A stretch of 38,586 nucleotides of DNA from Flavobacteriales bacterium (GCA_035628535.1 DASPJQ010000833.1:1-38586); one strand, 5' to 3'. Numbered from the stretch's first letter, positions 9,700 to 17,679 are shown. Notes: generated by a model from the sequence alone, not told the origin. Program-made: numbers and translations.

Positions 9700-11148
9700 A
9701 TGGCCAAATTTGACCAGCCTATTGAAAGTTTTATTAAAAAGTTTGTTACTGACTTAGAGGAGGGCAATGTTGCCATTTTTGCGGGAGCCGGCATGTCAGT
9801 ATCTGCTGGATTTGTAAACTGGTCCGAACTATTACGCGACATCGCGAACGATCTGCATTTAGATGTTGATAGGGAATGGGATTTAATCTCTATTGCCCAA
9901 TATCATTTTAACGAAAAGCGCAATAGAGATGCCATCAATCGAGCAATTTTAGAAGAGTTTTCAGCAAAAACCGAATCAACGGAAAACCACAGAATTTTAG
10001 CCAAACTGCCAATCCATACTTACTGGACTACCAATTATGACATTTTAATTGAGCAGGCATTGAAAGAGGCGTTTAAGATTGTTGATGTAAAATATGACAA
10101 AGACCAGCTTCAACTAGCCAAGCCTCGCAGAAACGCTACAGTCTATAAAATGCACGGTGATGTTGAGCATCCTACAAAGGCAATTATCACAAAACAAGAT
10201 TTTGAGACTTACCATAGGACCCATGAACCATTTATTACGGCTTTAAGCAGCGATCTCACATTCAAAACTTTTTTGTTTATAGGTTTCAGCTTTACAGACC
10301 CTAATCTGGACTACGTGCTTAGCAGGTTAAGCATCCAGTTTGGTGATAATGGCAGGCAGCACTACTGTTTTATTCGTAAGTGCAGCCGGGCAGATTATAA
10401 AACTGAGGACGAATATAACTATGAATTAAGGAAACAGACTTTAAAAGTAAATGATCTCAAACGATATAAAATTGAGGCTCTACTGATTGACAAGTATTCT
10501 CAAATTACTGAGATATTAAGTGAGATCGAGCAGCGTTTTAAAAAGCGAACAATTTTTATCTCAGGAAGCGCAGAAGAATATGGTACAATGGATTCTCATG
10601 CGGCCCAGAATTTTATTCATCAGCTCACTAAACAACTGGTCTTTAATGGAAACACAATAGTAAACGGTTTTGGCTTAGGAGTTGGTAGTGCGGTAATTAA
10701 CGGTGCTTTAGATGCCGTGTATGAGAAACCGCACAAGCATAGCGAAGAACAGTTAATAATGCGTCCATTCCCTCAATTTCCTACGGGTGATAAAGACCTC
10801 AAGGTTCTCTGGCGCGAATACAGATATAAAATGATCCCCTATGCGGGAATTTCTATTTTTATTTTTGGGAACAAGAAAGATCCTAAAACGGGTAAAATAA
10901 TTATTGCTAATGGTGTCCGGCAGGAATTTGAAATCGCCACTGAATTAGGACTTATTCCTATACCTGTTGCGGCCACTGGTTACATGGCTCAACAGATTTA
11001 TGAAATTGTAATGGCTGAACCTGGCAAATATTATAAGGCGTACGAACACCAGGTGGTGCCTATCATTAAGGAACTGTCGGACCCAAATCTTCAATCGGAA
11101 GAAATAATAAAAAAAATAATAGACATCATTAAAATTCTTAAAACCTAA
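9700..11148 (+). CDS. thsA: Thoeris ThsA, SIR2 NADase domain fused to a SLOG ligand-binding domain
   Basis: The N-terminal half carries SIR2 motifs FAGAGMSVSAGF, TTNYD and YKMHGD. The C-terminal half is a Rossmann-like SLOG domain (TIFISGSAEEYG, VNGFGLGVGSAVINGAL, FIFGN). The 482-aa size is ThsA-like, and three TIR genes follow. Confidence 0.85.
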   Translation: MAKFDQPIESFIKKFVTDLEEGNVAIFAGAGMSVSAGFVNWSELLRDIANDLHLDVDREWDLISIAQYHFNEKRNRDAINRAILEEFSAKTESTENHRILAKLPIHTYWTTNYDILIEQALKEAFKIVDVKYDKDQLQLAKPRRNATVYKMHGDVEHPTKAIITKQDFETYHRTHEPFITALSSDLTFKTFLFIGFSFTDPNLDYVLSRLSIQFGDNGRQHYCFIRKCSRADYKTEDEYNYELRKQTLKVNDLKRYKIEALLIDKYSQITEILSEIEQRFKKRTIFISGSAEEYGTMDSHAAQNFIHQLTKQLVFNGNTIVNGFGLGVGSAVINGALDAVYEKPHKHSEEQLIMRPFPQFPTGDKDLKVLWREYRYKMIPYAGISIFIFGNKKDPKTGKIIIANGVRQEFEIATELGLIPIPVAATGYMAQQIYEIVMAEPGKYYKAYEHQVVPIIKELSDPNLQSEEIIKKIIDIIKILKT

Positions 11149-11154
11149 AAATCT

Positions 11155-11643
11155 ATGGCTAGAAGAGTATTTTACAGCTTCCATTACGATAATGATAGCT
11201 GGCGTACCTCACAAGTACGTAACATTGGGGTTATTGAAGGTAACAGACCTGCACCAGACAATGACTGGGAAGCTGTTAAAAAAGGCGGTGATCCAGCAAT
11301 TAAAAGATGGATTGACAACCAAATGTATGGTCGATCCTGTACCATTGTTCTTGTAGGGTCCAATACTGCGGGAAGAAAATGGATTGAATACGAAATAAAG
11401 AAGTCCTGGGAAGAAGGAATGGGTGTTGTTGGAATTAGAATCCACAATCTTAAAAACTATGCTCAACAACAATCATATTGGGGGAATAATCCGTTCGCTT
11501 TAAGCGCAAATGGCATCTGGTTGGAGGACAAAATCAGTTTACATAATCCACCATATGTTGACAGTAAGGATGTTTATAATTATATAGCAGATAACATTGG
11601 AAATTGGACTGAGGAAGCAGTTAGAAACCGTAATAGGTATTAA
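11155..11643 (+). CDS. thsB: Thoeris ThsB, TIR-like (MTH538/DUF1863-type) protein
   Basis: It starts MARRVFYSFHYDND, with TIVLVGSNTAGRKWIEYEI carrying the conserved Glu context. It begins 7 nt after the thsA stop. Confidence 0.75.
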   Translation: MARRVFYSFHYDNDSWRTSQVRNIGVIEGNRPAPDNDWEAVKKGGDPAIKRWIDNQMYGRSCTIVLVGSNTAGRKWIEYEIKKSWEEGMGVVGIRIHNLKNYAQQQSYWGNNPFALSANGIWLEDKISLHNPPYVDSKDVYNYIADNIGNWTEEAVRNRNRY

Positions 11644-11645
11644 GT

Positions 11646-12194
11646 ATGTCAATTTTTACTAAAGCAAGTTTTGAGGCAGCAGCGAATAGAAATGCAGGAT
11701 ATAAAAATTTCAGGGCCTACCTTGAGGAAAACAGGAAGTCATATAGATCAACTAAAACAACTAGTGTTTTTTTATCGCACGCACATACTGATAAAGACAT
11801 TGTACAGCAAGCTGTGACTTTTTTTAGCACCCTTGGAATAAGTATCTATGTGGATTGGATGGATGAAACTATGCCTGATAAGCCCAACGGTGATACTGCT
11901 AAACGGATTAAAGACAGAATTCAAGCCAATGATAAATTCATTCTATTGGCTACGAATGCTGCGGTTGCCTCCAAATGGTGCAACTGGGAGTTAGGTATTG
12001 GCGATTTAAACAAATTCGATAAAGGAAAGCTAGCCGTTTTGCCTTTGGCGGATAACAGTGGCACATGGCAAGGAAATGAATACTTGCGGCTTTATCCGAG
12101 GATAGAGTACGGTTCCACGAATTCTAGTGATTTATGGGTTTGGCACCCAGATCGGTTTTTACCAGAATATTTAAGAACTTGGTTAATGAAATAA
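11646..12194 (+). CDS. thsB: Thoeris ThsB, classical TIR-domain protein
   Basis: Motifs VFLSHAHTDKD, FILLATNAAVASKWCNWELG and a TIR beta-alpha pattern are present. It starts 3 nt after the preceding stop. Confidence 0.75.
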   Translation: MSIFTKASFEAAANRNAGYKNFRAYLEENRKSYRSTKTTSVFLSHAHTDKDIVQQAVTFFSTLGISIYVDWMDETMPDKPNGDTAKRIKDRIQANDKFILLATNAAVASKWCNWELGIGDLNKFDKGKLAVLPLADNSGTWQGNEYLRLYPRIEYGSTNSSDLWVWHPDRFLPEYLRTWLMK

Positions 12195-12195
12195 T

Positions 12196-12813
12196 ATGGC
12201 AAGAAAGGTATTTTTCAGTTTTGCTTATGACGATGTCAAGAACTTTAAGGTTAATGTTGTTCGCCAAAGTTGGCTTTTAAATAAAGAAAATACATTTGTT
12301 GATGGTTCTATTTGGGAAACGGCAAAAAAAAAGGACCCTGAATCTCTCAAAAAACTGATAAATGAAGGGTTAAATAATACATCGGTTACCACCGTTTTAA
12401 TTGGAGAAGATACCGCAAATAGGACATGGGTCAACTATGAAATAATAAAGAGTTTTGACCGGGGAAATGGAATTCTTGGTATTCATATTAATAGAATAAA
12501 GGGGCGAACCGGATTAACAACCAGGGGACAAAATCCACTTGATCGCCTTGGACTTAAAATAGCTGAAGATGGCAGTAAAATATATTTCTTTGAGTTGTTA
12601 AAAAACAAATGGGTTCCCTATAATTATTTACCTGTGATTAACAATAAACAGTCGAACACTATTTATTTTGGGGATAGTTGGTGGAGTGGCAACCAGTGGG
12701 GTGAGTCTTTCCGATTCTCAGAACTTTTTGAAACGTACTGTTGGGCTTTCAATGAGGGATATACAAACTTTTCGGATTGGGTGGAGGCCGCAGCCAAGCA
12801 GGCCGGTAGATAA
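12196..12813 (+). CDS. thsB: Thoeris ThsB, TIR-like (MTH538/DUF1863-type) protein with C-terminal extension
   Basis: MARKVFFSFAYDD and TTVLIGEDTANRTWVNYEI make it a paralog of 11155-11643. It starts 2 nt after the preceding stop. Confidence 0.75.
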   Translation: MARKVFFSFAYDDVKNFKVNVVRQSWLLNKENTFVDGSIWETAKKKDPESLKKLINEGLNNTSVTTVLIGEDTANRTWVNYEIIKSFDRGNGILGIHINRIKGRTGLTTRGQNPLDRLGLKIAEDGSKIYFFELLKNKWVPYNYLPVINNKQSNTIYFGDSWWSGNQWGESFRFSELFETYCWAFNEGYTNFSDWVEAAAKQAGR

Positions 12814-12815
12814 AT

Positions 12816-12860
12816 ATTTATGTTCTACTAGTTTTCATATTTAGGAAGAAGTTAGATTGT
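12816..12860 (-). repeat. degenerate copy (S1) of the xis-like gene 3-prime-end repeat family
   Basis: agttttcatatttaggaagaagttag matches agttttcatagtttgaagaaggttag at 32509-32534. The minus-strand reading NFFLNMKTSRT* compares with NLLQTMKTYCKYIL in the other copy. Confidence 0.4.
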
Positions 12861-12957
12861 AAAAATATGTGTTTTGTATTGCCACATTTCTAATACTTTC
12901 GAAGGAAAAAAGTGGTTGAATTAACTCTAATAATACTGAACCGCGACTCAAAAAACG

Positions 12958-13296
12958 CTATGATGCCTTTTTATGTCGGTTATACAGGTTATATACCTGC
13001 GCAGTACTTTGAATCTCATCCTGTGTCCTGATCTTCCCGCTTTTTACCCATTCGGTTAATTCCTGTTTGTCAAAGTACAATTTGTTGCCCTTTTTGGAAT
13101 GGGGGATAAGTCTTTTGGATGTCTTTTCGTAGATAGTATTTACCTCCAGCTTTAAGAATTTTGCGGCTTCCTGTATATCCATCGGTTCACTGGATGGTTT
13201 TGTATCCCCGTTTAGCCCGGTGAGCACCTCGCTGACGATTGATTTCAAAAGTGTCCTAAATTCTTCCTCTGTGAAACTGGTTAAAATTGTTGCCAT
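12958..13296 (-). CDS. helix-turn-helix DNA-binding protein, excisionase (MerR-like) family
   Basis: The central segment MDIQEAAKFLKLEVNTIYEKTSKRLIPHSKKGNKLYFDKQELTEWV is the typical excisionase-family HTH of Bacteroidota mobile elements. Confidence 0.75.
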   Translation of the reverse strand: MATILTSFTEEEFRTLLKSIVSEVLTGLNGDTKPSSEPMDIQEAAKFLKLEVNTIYEKTSKRLIPHSKKGNKLYFDKQELTEWVKSGKIRTQDEIQSTAQVYNLYNRHKKAS

Positions 13297-13297
13297 G

Positions 13298-14104
13298 TTA
13301 TTTGATAGATTTATTTGTAATGTCTTGGTTAACCTGTATGGATAGCTTGATTATGGAGTTATACAGTGCTGTCAAGTTATTTTTGTCTGAAATTTCCTGC
13401 AATTGTTCCTGAGTAAGCGATTTTCTTATTTTTTCCGCACTGTAGCCTGTAAGCAGTTCAAATGCCTGGGCAGCCTTATTGTTATTTAGGTAATCGCCCG
13501 AAAAAGTGATTTGTGTTTTTTGCAAGTAATGAATAAGCAGCGTTGTCTGCTCCTGACTAAGACAAGTAAGCCTGTCACCTTTTTGCCGTTTCGGCCTTCC
13601 CTTAATTACCGGAAAACCGCTTGGAACTTTATATTCGGGTTGTTTAATACACTCTGACCACAGGTTGACAGCCTGCAATTGCAAAGGAGTAAGCAAAGAA
13701 CCATGTTTGAGCAGTAAGAGAGATATGAAACGCTGGGTTAATCCGGCATCAAGAGCGCATTGTAAAAATTGTCCGATTTGCAACAAGTCCAATTGCCTCA
13801 CACGATATGCAAACAGCGTATCAAAAAAAGGATCTGTTGAAACAATTGGCACATTTGCCCAAATATCCAGCCATTGCCCACGACCCAGATTAATAAACCG
13901 TTCAGGATAGACAGGCATTATATCGGCCATTGATGCTGACCTTTCAGAAGCTAAAATATCCTTCTCCGATGCAACCAGTCTCTTTGCATGTAAAAAACAG
14001 ATAATTACCTCTTTATAATCACGGAAACTACCTTTAAAGTTTAGATATTCCCAAGTGGTCAGATGGTTTAAGTTGATTTGTACCATAACGCTGCAAACCA
14101 ACAC
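13298..14104 (-). CDS. hypothetical protein co-transcribed with the xis-like gene (possible regulatory protein)
   Basis: This 268-aa ORF ends 1 nt before the xis-like start. An alternative start is at 14086 (MVQINL). I recognised no motif with confidence; a loose resemblance to RteC-like C-termini is not claimed. Confidence 0.55.
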   Translation of the reverse strand: MLVCSVMVQINLNHLTTWEYLNFKGSFRDYKEVIICFLHAKRLVASEKDILASERSASMADIMPVYPERFINLGRGQWLDIWANVPIVSTDPFFDTLFAYRVRQLDLLQIGQFLQCALDAGLTQRFISLLLLKHGSLLTPLQLQAVNLWSECIKQPEYKVPSGFPVIKGRPKRQKGDRLTCLSQEQTTLLIHYLQKTQITFSGDYLNNNKAAQAFELLTGYSAEKIRKSLTQEQLQEISDKNNLTALYNSIIKLSIQVNQDITNKSIK

Positions 14105-14171
14105 AAACCTGCTTATACGTTTTGCTGGTTTGCAACTTTTTACTATGAATTTAGAAAATGTTTAAGAAATT

Positions 14172-14446
14172 TTACTTTTTTGGGTTGATTTGCATTTTAC
14201 ATTTACCATACAAATAAGTATGGTCTTCATCAATTTTTCCGCATGAAGCGTTTGCGAGCAAAGCAATAATCCAAAAATTAACTATGTATATTCCGCTTTC
14301 CAAATCAGTAATTGAAATTTCCTCCTTTTCACCAGTAAACGTGCGGTTAATCACCATTTTCCATCGCTTGTAAGCACTTTAATGTTTTGGTTAGGGTTGG
14401 GAGTGCCAAAAGACACTGTAATTTTGTCGGTTGCTGGATTCGGATA
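14172..14446 (-). pseudogene. frameshifted remnant of a T9SS C-terminal sorting domain
   Basis: The minus strand reads YPNPATDKITVSFGTPNPNQNIKVLTSDGKW*. After a one-frame shift near 14350 it continues VINRTFTGEKEEISITDLESGIYIVNF. No upstream cargo ORF is present. Confidence 0.5.
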
Positions 14447-14561
14447 AATTCAATGATGCAGAAAATTAATGTTGTCCAAATAAACCAGGTATGAAAATAA
14501 ACATGAGTGTTGAAGAATTTTTGTGAGTTAATTACTCGTTTCAGGAAAACCATATCGTTCA

Positions 14562-14597
14562 ATGCAAAAAGAAAGCCAGCATTAACAATGCTGGCCT
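14562..14597 (-). terminator. rho-independent terminator of the lipoprotein/small-membrane-protein operon
   Basis: A perfect 9-bp stem (gccagcatt / aatgctggc, 14575-14595) with a 3-nt loop is followed on the minus strand by tttcttttt. Confidence 0.6.
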
Positions 14598-14612
14598 TAA
14601 ATTGATTTTACT

Positions 14613-14831
14613 TTATTCCTTTATCTGACCCTTTTTTATTGCTGTTTTAAACCCGTAATAACTTATAAGGTAAACAAAGGCATATCCAACAATATGACCT
14701 AAAATAAGAAAAGGAATTCTATCATTCGGCCCTGGATTGATTAATCGGTATGTCATTCCTGTTGATGCAGATGCAATCAAAAAAAACAAGTTTGTCTGCA
14801 TCCATACTTTTTTCTTTGTTTCTTTTGTCAT
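14613..14831 (-). CDS. small two-TM membrane protein (immunity-like position)
   Basis: From MTKETKKK there are two hydrophobic helices (LFFLIASASTGMTY and FLILGHIVGYAFVYLISYY). It lies 4 nt downstream of the lipoprotein gene. Confidence 0.5.
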   Translation of the reverse strand: MTKETKKKVWMQTNLFFLIASASTGMTYRLINPGPNDRIPFLILGHIVGYAFVYLISYYGFKTAIKKGQIKE

Positions 14832-14888
14832 AATGCTTAAATGTTGGTTGGTATTAAAATTACGAAATATTTTTAACGTAACCAATGG

Positions 14889-15743
14889 CTAGCCAAAAAA
14901 ATAATCCCAAACATTAGATACAATGGCATACGATGAGCCTAAGAAACCACCTGCGAGTCCTCCTCCAAGCCAACCAGCAAAGGTGCCTACGCCCGGCAGA
15001 GTGACTGTGCCACCAGTATAACCTACATGGGCACCATAACAAAACCCCGCAGCATCGGCACCTGCAATACTTGCTTTTGCCGCATTACTATTGTCGCCAC
15101 CCTGACCGTTTGTTAACAAATCATTCCAATCATCAATATTGTCATTCCAGTAAGCGAAAGAGGCTTCAAAAACATCTGCTGTACCTTTACCTATTTCCTT
15201 TTCAGGCGATGACAGGTTGCTATTGCACCATGTTTTAAAGCCATTAGCAAGCGTGGTAGCCCCTGATGTACTCGTTACATTTAACGCATTATTCATAAAC
15301 GTGTTAAATCCGGTTCTGAAAGTTTGCGATAATGAGGTGCCAGCAATTGCAGTTCTTAAATCTGATAAGTTTGTAATACAACCGTCATTGTCATCAAAAT
15401 AATCACTGACAGCTATGGCATTATTGCGGTGATATGTTGCATCGTCACCTCCAATATTTTCATTAAGAATCGTTCTAATTGAGTTATCTAATTCGGTTTC
15501 ATCCATATTGCCAAAACCCTCCTCAGCCACATCAGCCGAAAGCTGGTCATATATAAGACCCATATAATAGTTATGCCATTCGCCTGCTCCATTTTCATCA
15601 AGAGTAACTTGTGGCATGTCTTTTAATACCATGTTAAAATGGCCACCGGTTTGTGATGGATTAGCAGACATTGGTTTTTCTTCCTTTGAGCAAGCCGCAA
15701 GTAAAAGGCTGCCCACAAATAAACTTAAAATTGATTTTTTCAT
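14889..15743 (-). CDS. lipoprotein with C-terminal glycine-zipper segment
   Basis: It has a lipobox (LLLAACS) and an acidic, Asn-rich body. The last ~60 aa read AGFCYGAHVGYTGGTVTLPGVGTFAGWLGGGLAGGFLGSSYAIVSNVW (GxxxG repeats). Confidence 0.7.
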   Translation of the reverse strand: MKKSILSLFVGSLLLAACSKEEKPMSANPSQTGGHFNMVLKDMPQVTLDENGAGEWHNYYMGLIYDQLSADVAEEGFGNMDETELDNSIRTILNENIGGDDATYHRNNAIAVSDYFDDNDGCITNLSDLRTAIAGTSLSQTFRTGFNTFMNNALNVTSTSGATTLANGFKTWCNSNLSSPEKEIGKGTADVFEASFAYWNDNIDDWNDLLTNGQGGDNSNAAKASIAGADAAGFCYGAHVGYTGGTVTLPGVGTFAGWLGGGLAGGFLGSSYAIVSNVWDYFFG

Positions 15744-15882
15744 TTTTGGATTTTTTAATTAAATACTTTGTTGCTTAGAGACTTTTTTCTGGCAGAAAAA
15801 AGTCAAAATTTTTACATAGCTCGCTTTGTAATTACCTCCTTTCTTTACTTAATTTAAATAAGGAGCGAGGGTACTTACATAA

Positions 15883-15997
15883 CCTGTGAGTGCGGAGTCA
15901 AAGCCGTTGTAACAGATTAAAGTAATACCCACGCCATAATGTGCGTATTGCCTAATTCTCCCGTTACAATTGTAAACTTTGACTTTTCACTCCCAGG
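15883..15997 (+). ncRNA. candidate structured RNA (or DNA hairpin) element, copy 1
   Basis: The hairpin has four tiers. P1 is cctgtgagtg/cactcccagg. P2 is agtcaaag/ctttgact. P3 is gttgtaac/gttacaat. The apical stem is aatacccacg/tgtgcgtatt. It has the same architecture as copy 2 but different stem sequences. Strand is uncertain; G-U pairs slightly favour plus. Confidence 0.45.
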
Positions 15998-16091
15998 AGA
16001 AGCAATATTTAATTTTTTCTTTCTTAATTATTTTATGCGTTTATATCTTTTAAATATCCCCTAAAAAAATCAGCGTGGGTTAGTTACAATG

Positions 16092-16209
16092 CTTGTTGTA
16101 GAAGGGGTACGAAACCCTTGCAGACAAGTAAAGTAACGCCCACGCCTTACGTGAGCGTTAACCATAACTCGCCTGTCTGCTTTGAAATTTCGTACTTTTC
16201 TACAACAGG
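16092..16209 (+). ncRNA. candidate structured RNA (or DNA hairpin) element, copy 2
   Basis: P1 is cttgttgtagaa/ttctacaacagg. P2 is gtacgaaa/tttcgtac. P3 is gcagacaag/cctgtctgc. The apical stem is aacgcccacg/cgtgagcgtt. The junction TAAAGT, the apical CCCACGCC, the NGG bulge and the TT(T) bulge are shared with copy 1. Confidence 0.45.
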
Positions 16210-16315
16210 TCCGCTTTAGCTAAACGCTATTCCTTAATATTATCTATGCAGCTCTTTGCTGCTCCTTGCATCAACTAAATAAAGAAAAAAAAGAGTATCT
16301 CCAACAAGACACTCA

Positions 16316-16357
16316 AAAAATGCGTAGAAATACGGTAAAAATGCGTAGAAATACGGT
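16316..16357. promoter_or_regulatory. perfect 21-bp tandem direct repeat (aaaaatgcgtagaaatacggt x2), iteron/operator-like
   Basis: The two units span 16316-16336 and 16337-16357, a 21-bp period equal to two helical turns. Confidence 0.6.
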
Positions 16358-16457
16358 TGTCCATATTTTTAAATTCCTTCACTAAACATTTGATTTTCTT
16401 TATACAAATCTTTTTTTTCTTTTAACCATATTAAATACAATTTGTAGTGGTTAGGAA

Positions 16458-16489
16458 TTACGGTAAACGACCGTATTTTGCGCATTTTT
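16458..16489. promoter_or_regulatory. inverted copy of the 21-bp repeat overlapping a tacggt/accgta palindrome
   Basis: accgtattttgcgcattttt (16470-16489) is the near reverse complement of the repeat unit. tacggtaaacgaccgta forms a palindrome. A further TACGGT lies at 16535-16540. Confidence 0.5.
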
Positions 16490-16541
16490 CGGACTTGCTT
16501 TTAGCACTTAAATTTTTTTAGGACGGGACATTGTTACGGTC

Positions 16542-16579
16542 ATGTGATAAGTATGTGAAGGGAATGTGAAGGGCATGTG
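16542..16579. repeat. four ATGTG motifs phased at exactly 11 bp
   Basis: ATGTG starts at 16542, 16553, 16564 and 16575 (catgtgataagt atgtgaaggga atgtgaagggc atgtgt). Confidence 0.55.
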
Positions 16580-16818
16580 TATTTAATGCGTTACGATGCG
16601 ATAAGCATTTGTCTGCCAAGTGTTAAAATTAGCGAAACCACAATTCAGTTGCGCCTGGAGAATTACACATGTAAGAAATCAGAAAAAAATGTATTTCGCA
16701 CGTCTAAACCATTAACTTATTTTGCTGTAATAATGCAGGATAAATGAAAGTACCGCTAACTGCTTTGAAATCCAGTTATTATTTTTAAATTTTGTATAAA
16801 CCTAAATTAAACTATATT

Positions 16819-17106
16819 ATGTTAGTAGTTACTGAAACACCTGTAGAAGTCCGCAATTACACTATCGGAGAACTGGCGCAAAAGTACGGCATTGATCCAC
16901 GAACCTTGCGTAAGAGACTGGAGCCATTTTCAGAAAAACTTGGAAAGATTATCCGCGGGCAACTGGATTACCACCAGGTATTGATTATCTTTAAGGAATT
17001 AGGCCCGCCCGGTGTAAAGGTTGTAGAGGAATCGTTAGTGGATGGATTTACCGTTGTATGCCTTGAAAAAAACAAAACAATGTACGTGTTGCCAAAAGTG
17101 GCATAA
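16819..17106 (+). CDS. small HTH-like protein (DUF4248-like), first gene of the rightward block
   Basis: YTIGELAQKYGIDPRTLRKRLEPFSEKLGK...QVLIIFKELGPP is paralogous to 17680-17910. The ATG at 16819 is preferred to the TTG at 16792. Confidence 0.6.
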   Translation: MLVVTETPVEVRNYTIGELAQKYGIDPRTLRKRLEPFSEKLGKIIRGQLDYHQVLIIFKELGPPGVKVVEESLVDGFTVVCLEKNKTMYVLPKVA

Positions 17107-17136
17107 ATTAATATCAAACACCTTTAACTCTCTTTA

Positions 17137-17165
17137 ACCTGCCTTTGACAAGGCAGGTTTTTTTA
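17137..17165 (+). terminator. rho-independent terminator
   Basis: An 8-bp stem (acctgcct/aggcaggt) with a 6-nt loop is followed by ttttttt. Confidence 0.7.
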
Positions 17166-17299
17166 TGCTTTAAAATTGCACGAAACAACATCTTTCCGCA
17201 AAATACAGCATAATTCAGCAAAACCCTTTAAATGCAGTGCAATCCGGTAAACACTTACCCGGCTTTTACACAACCTTTGCATAACAATTACACAATACA

Positions 17300-17656
17300 A
17301 TGAAATATCAAAACACCCGTGTTGTACATCCCCAGACTATGCGTTTCTGGGTAAACAATACATTAGATTTCGCTTGCGGCCTGTTGTGGCCGGGTCAAAA
17401 ATTTTCACTCCTGGAAATGCGCTGCGCCCGCAAAGGCATTGAGGAGTATTACAATCAAATCCCGCCAGAAGATTTTGCCGGGCAGATCGAAAATGAATTT
17501 TCCATTATGTGTCTGCGGATTAGTTTTCTGTCTCTTTCCTCCAGTCACATATTACCGCCATCGGAACTGTTCAGCCCTAGTCATCCCGGCAACATCGTTT
17601 ATAAAAAGCGTAATATTTTCACCACGTTCGGCCCGGTATACTATAGCCTGAACTAA
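17300..17656 (+). CDS. hypothetical protein (weakly supported ORF)
   Basis: This 118-aa ORF lies between the two HTH paralogs. I recognised no motifs and there is an overlapping alternative-frame ORF, so coding status is uncertain. Confidence 0.35.
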   Translation: MKYQNTRVVHPQTMRFWVNNTLDFACGLLWPGQKFSLLEMRCARKGIEEYYNQIPPEDFAGQIENEFSIMCLRISFLSLSSSHILPPSELFSPSHPGNIVYKKRNIFTTFGPVYYSLN

Positions 17657-17679
17657 CTAAACCAAACCATTTTTCTCTT

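Noticed and set aside
15883-16209. I considered a retron msr/msd or a transposon guide RNA (omega RNA) as the identity of the tandem hairpins.
   Set aside because: No reverse transcriptase, TnpB/IscB or IS200/605 transposase is present in the window. The identity is left open rather than assigned.
16316-16357. I considered the 21-bp direct repeats as a CRISPR array or a ToxI-like repeat RNA.
   Set aside because: There are only two units, with no spacers, and no cas or toxN-like gene is nearby.
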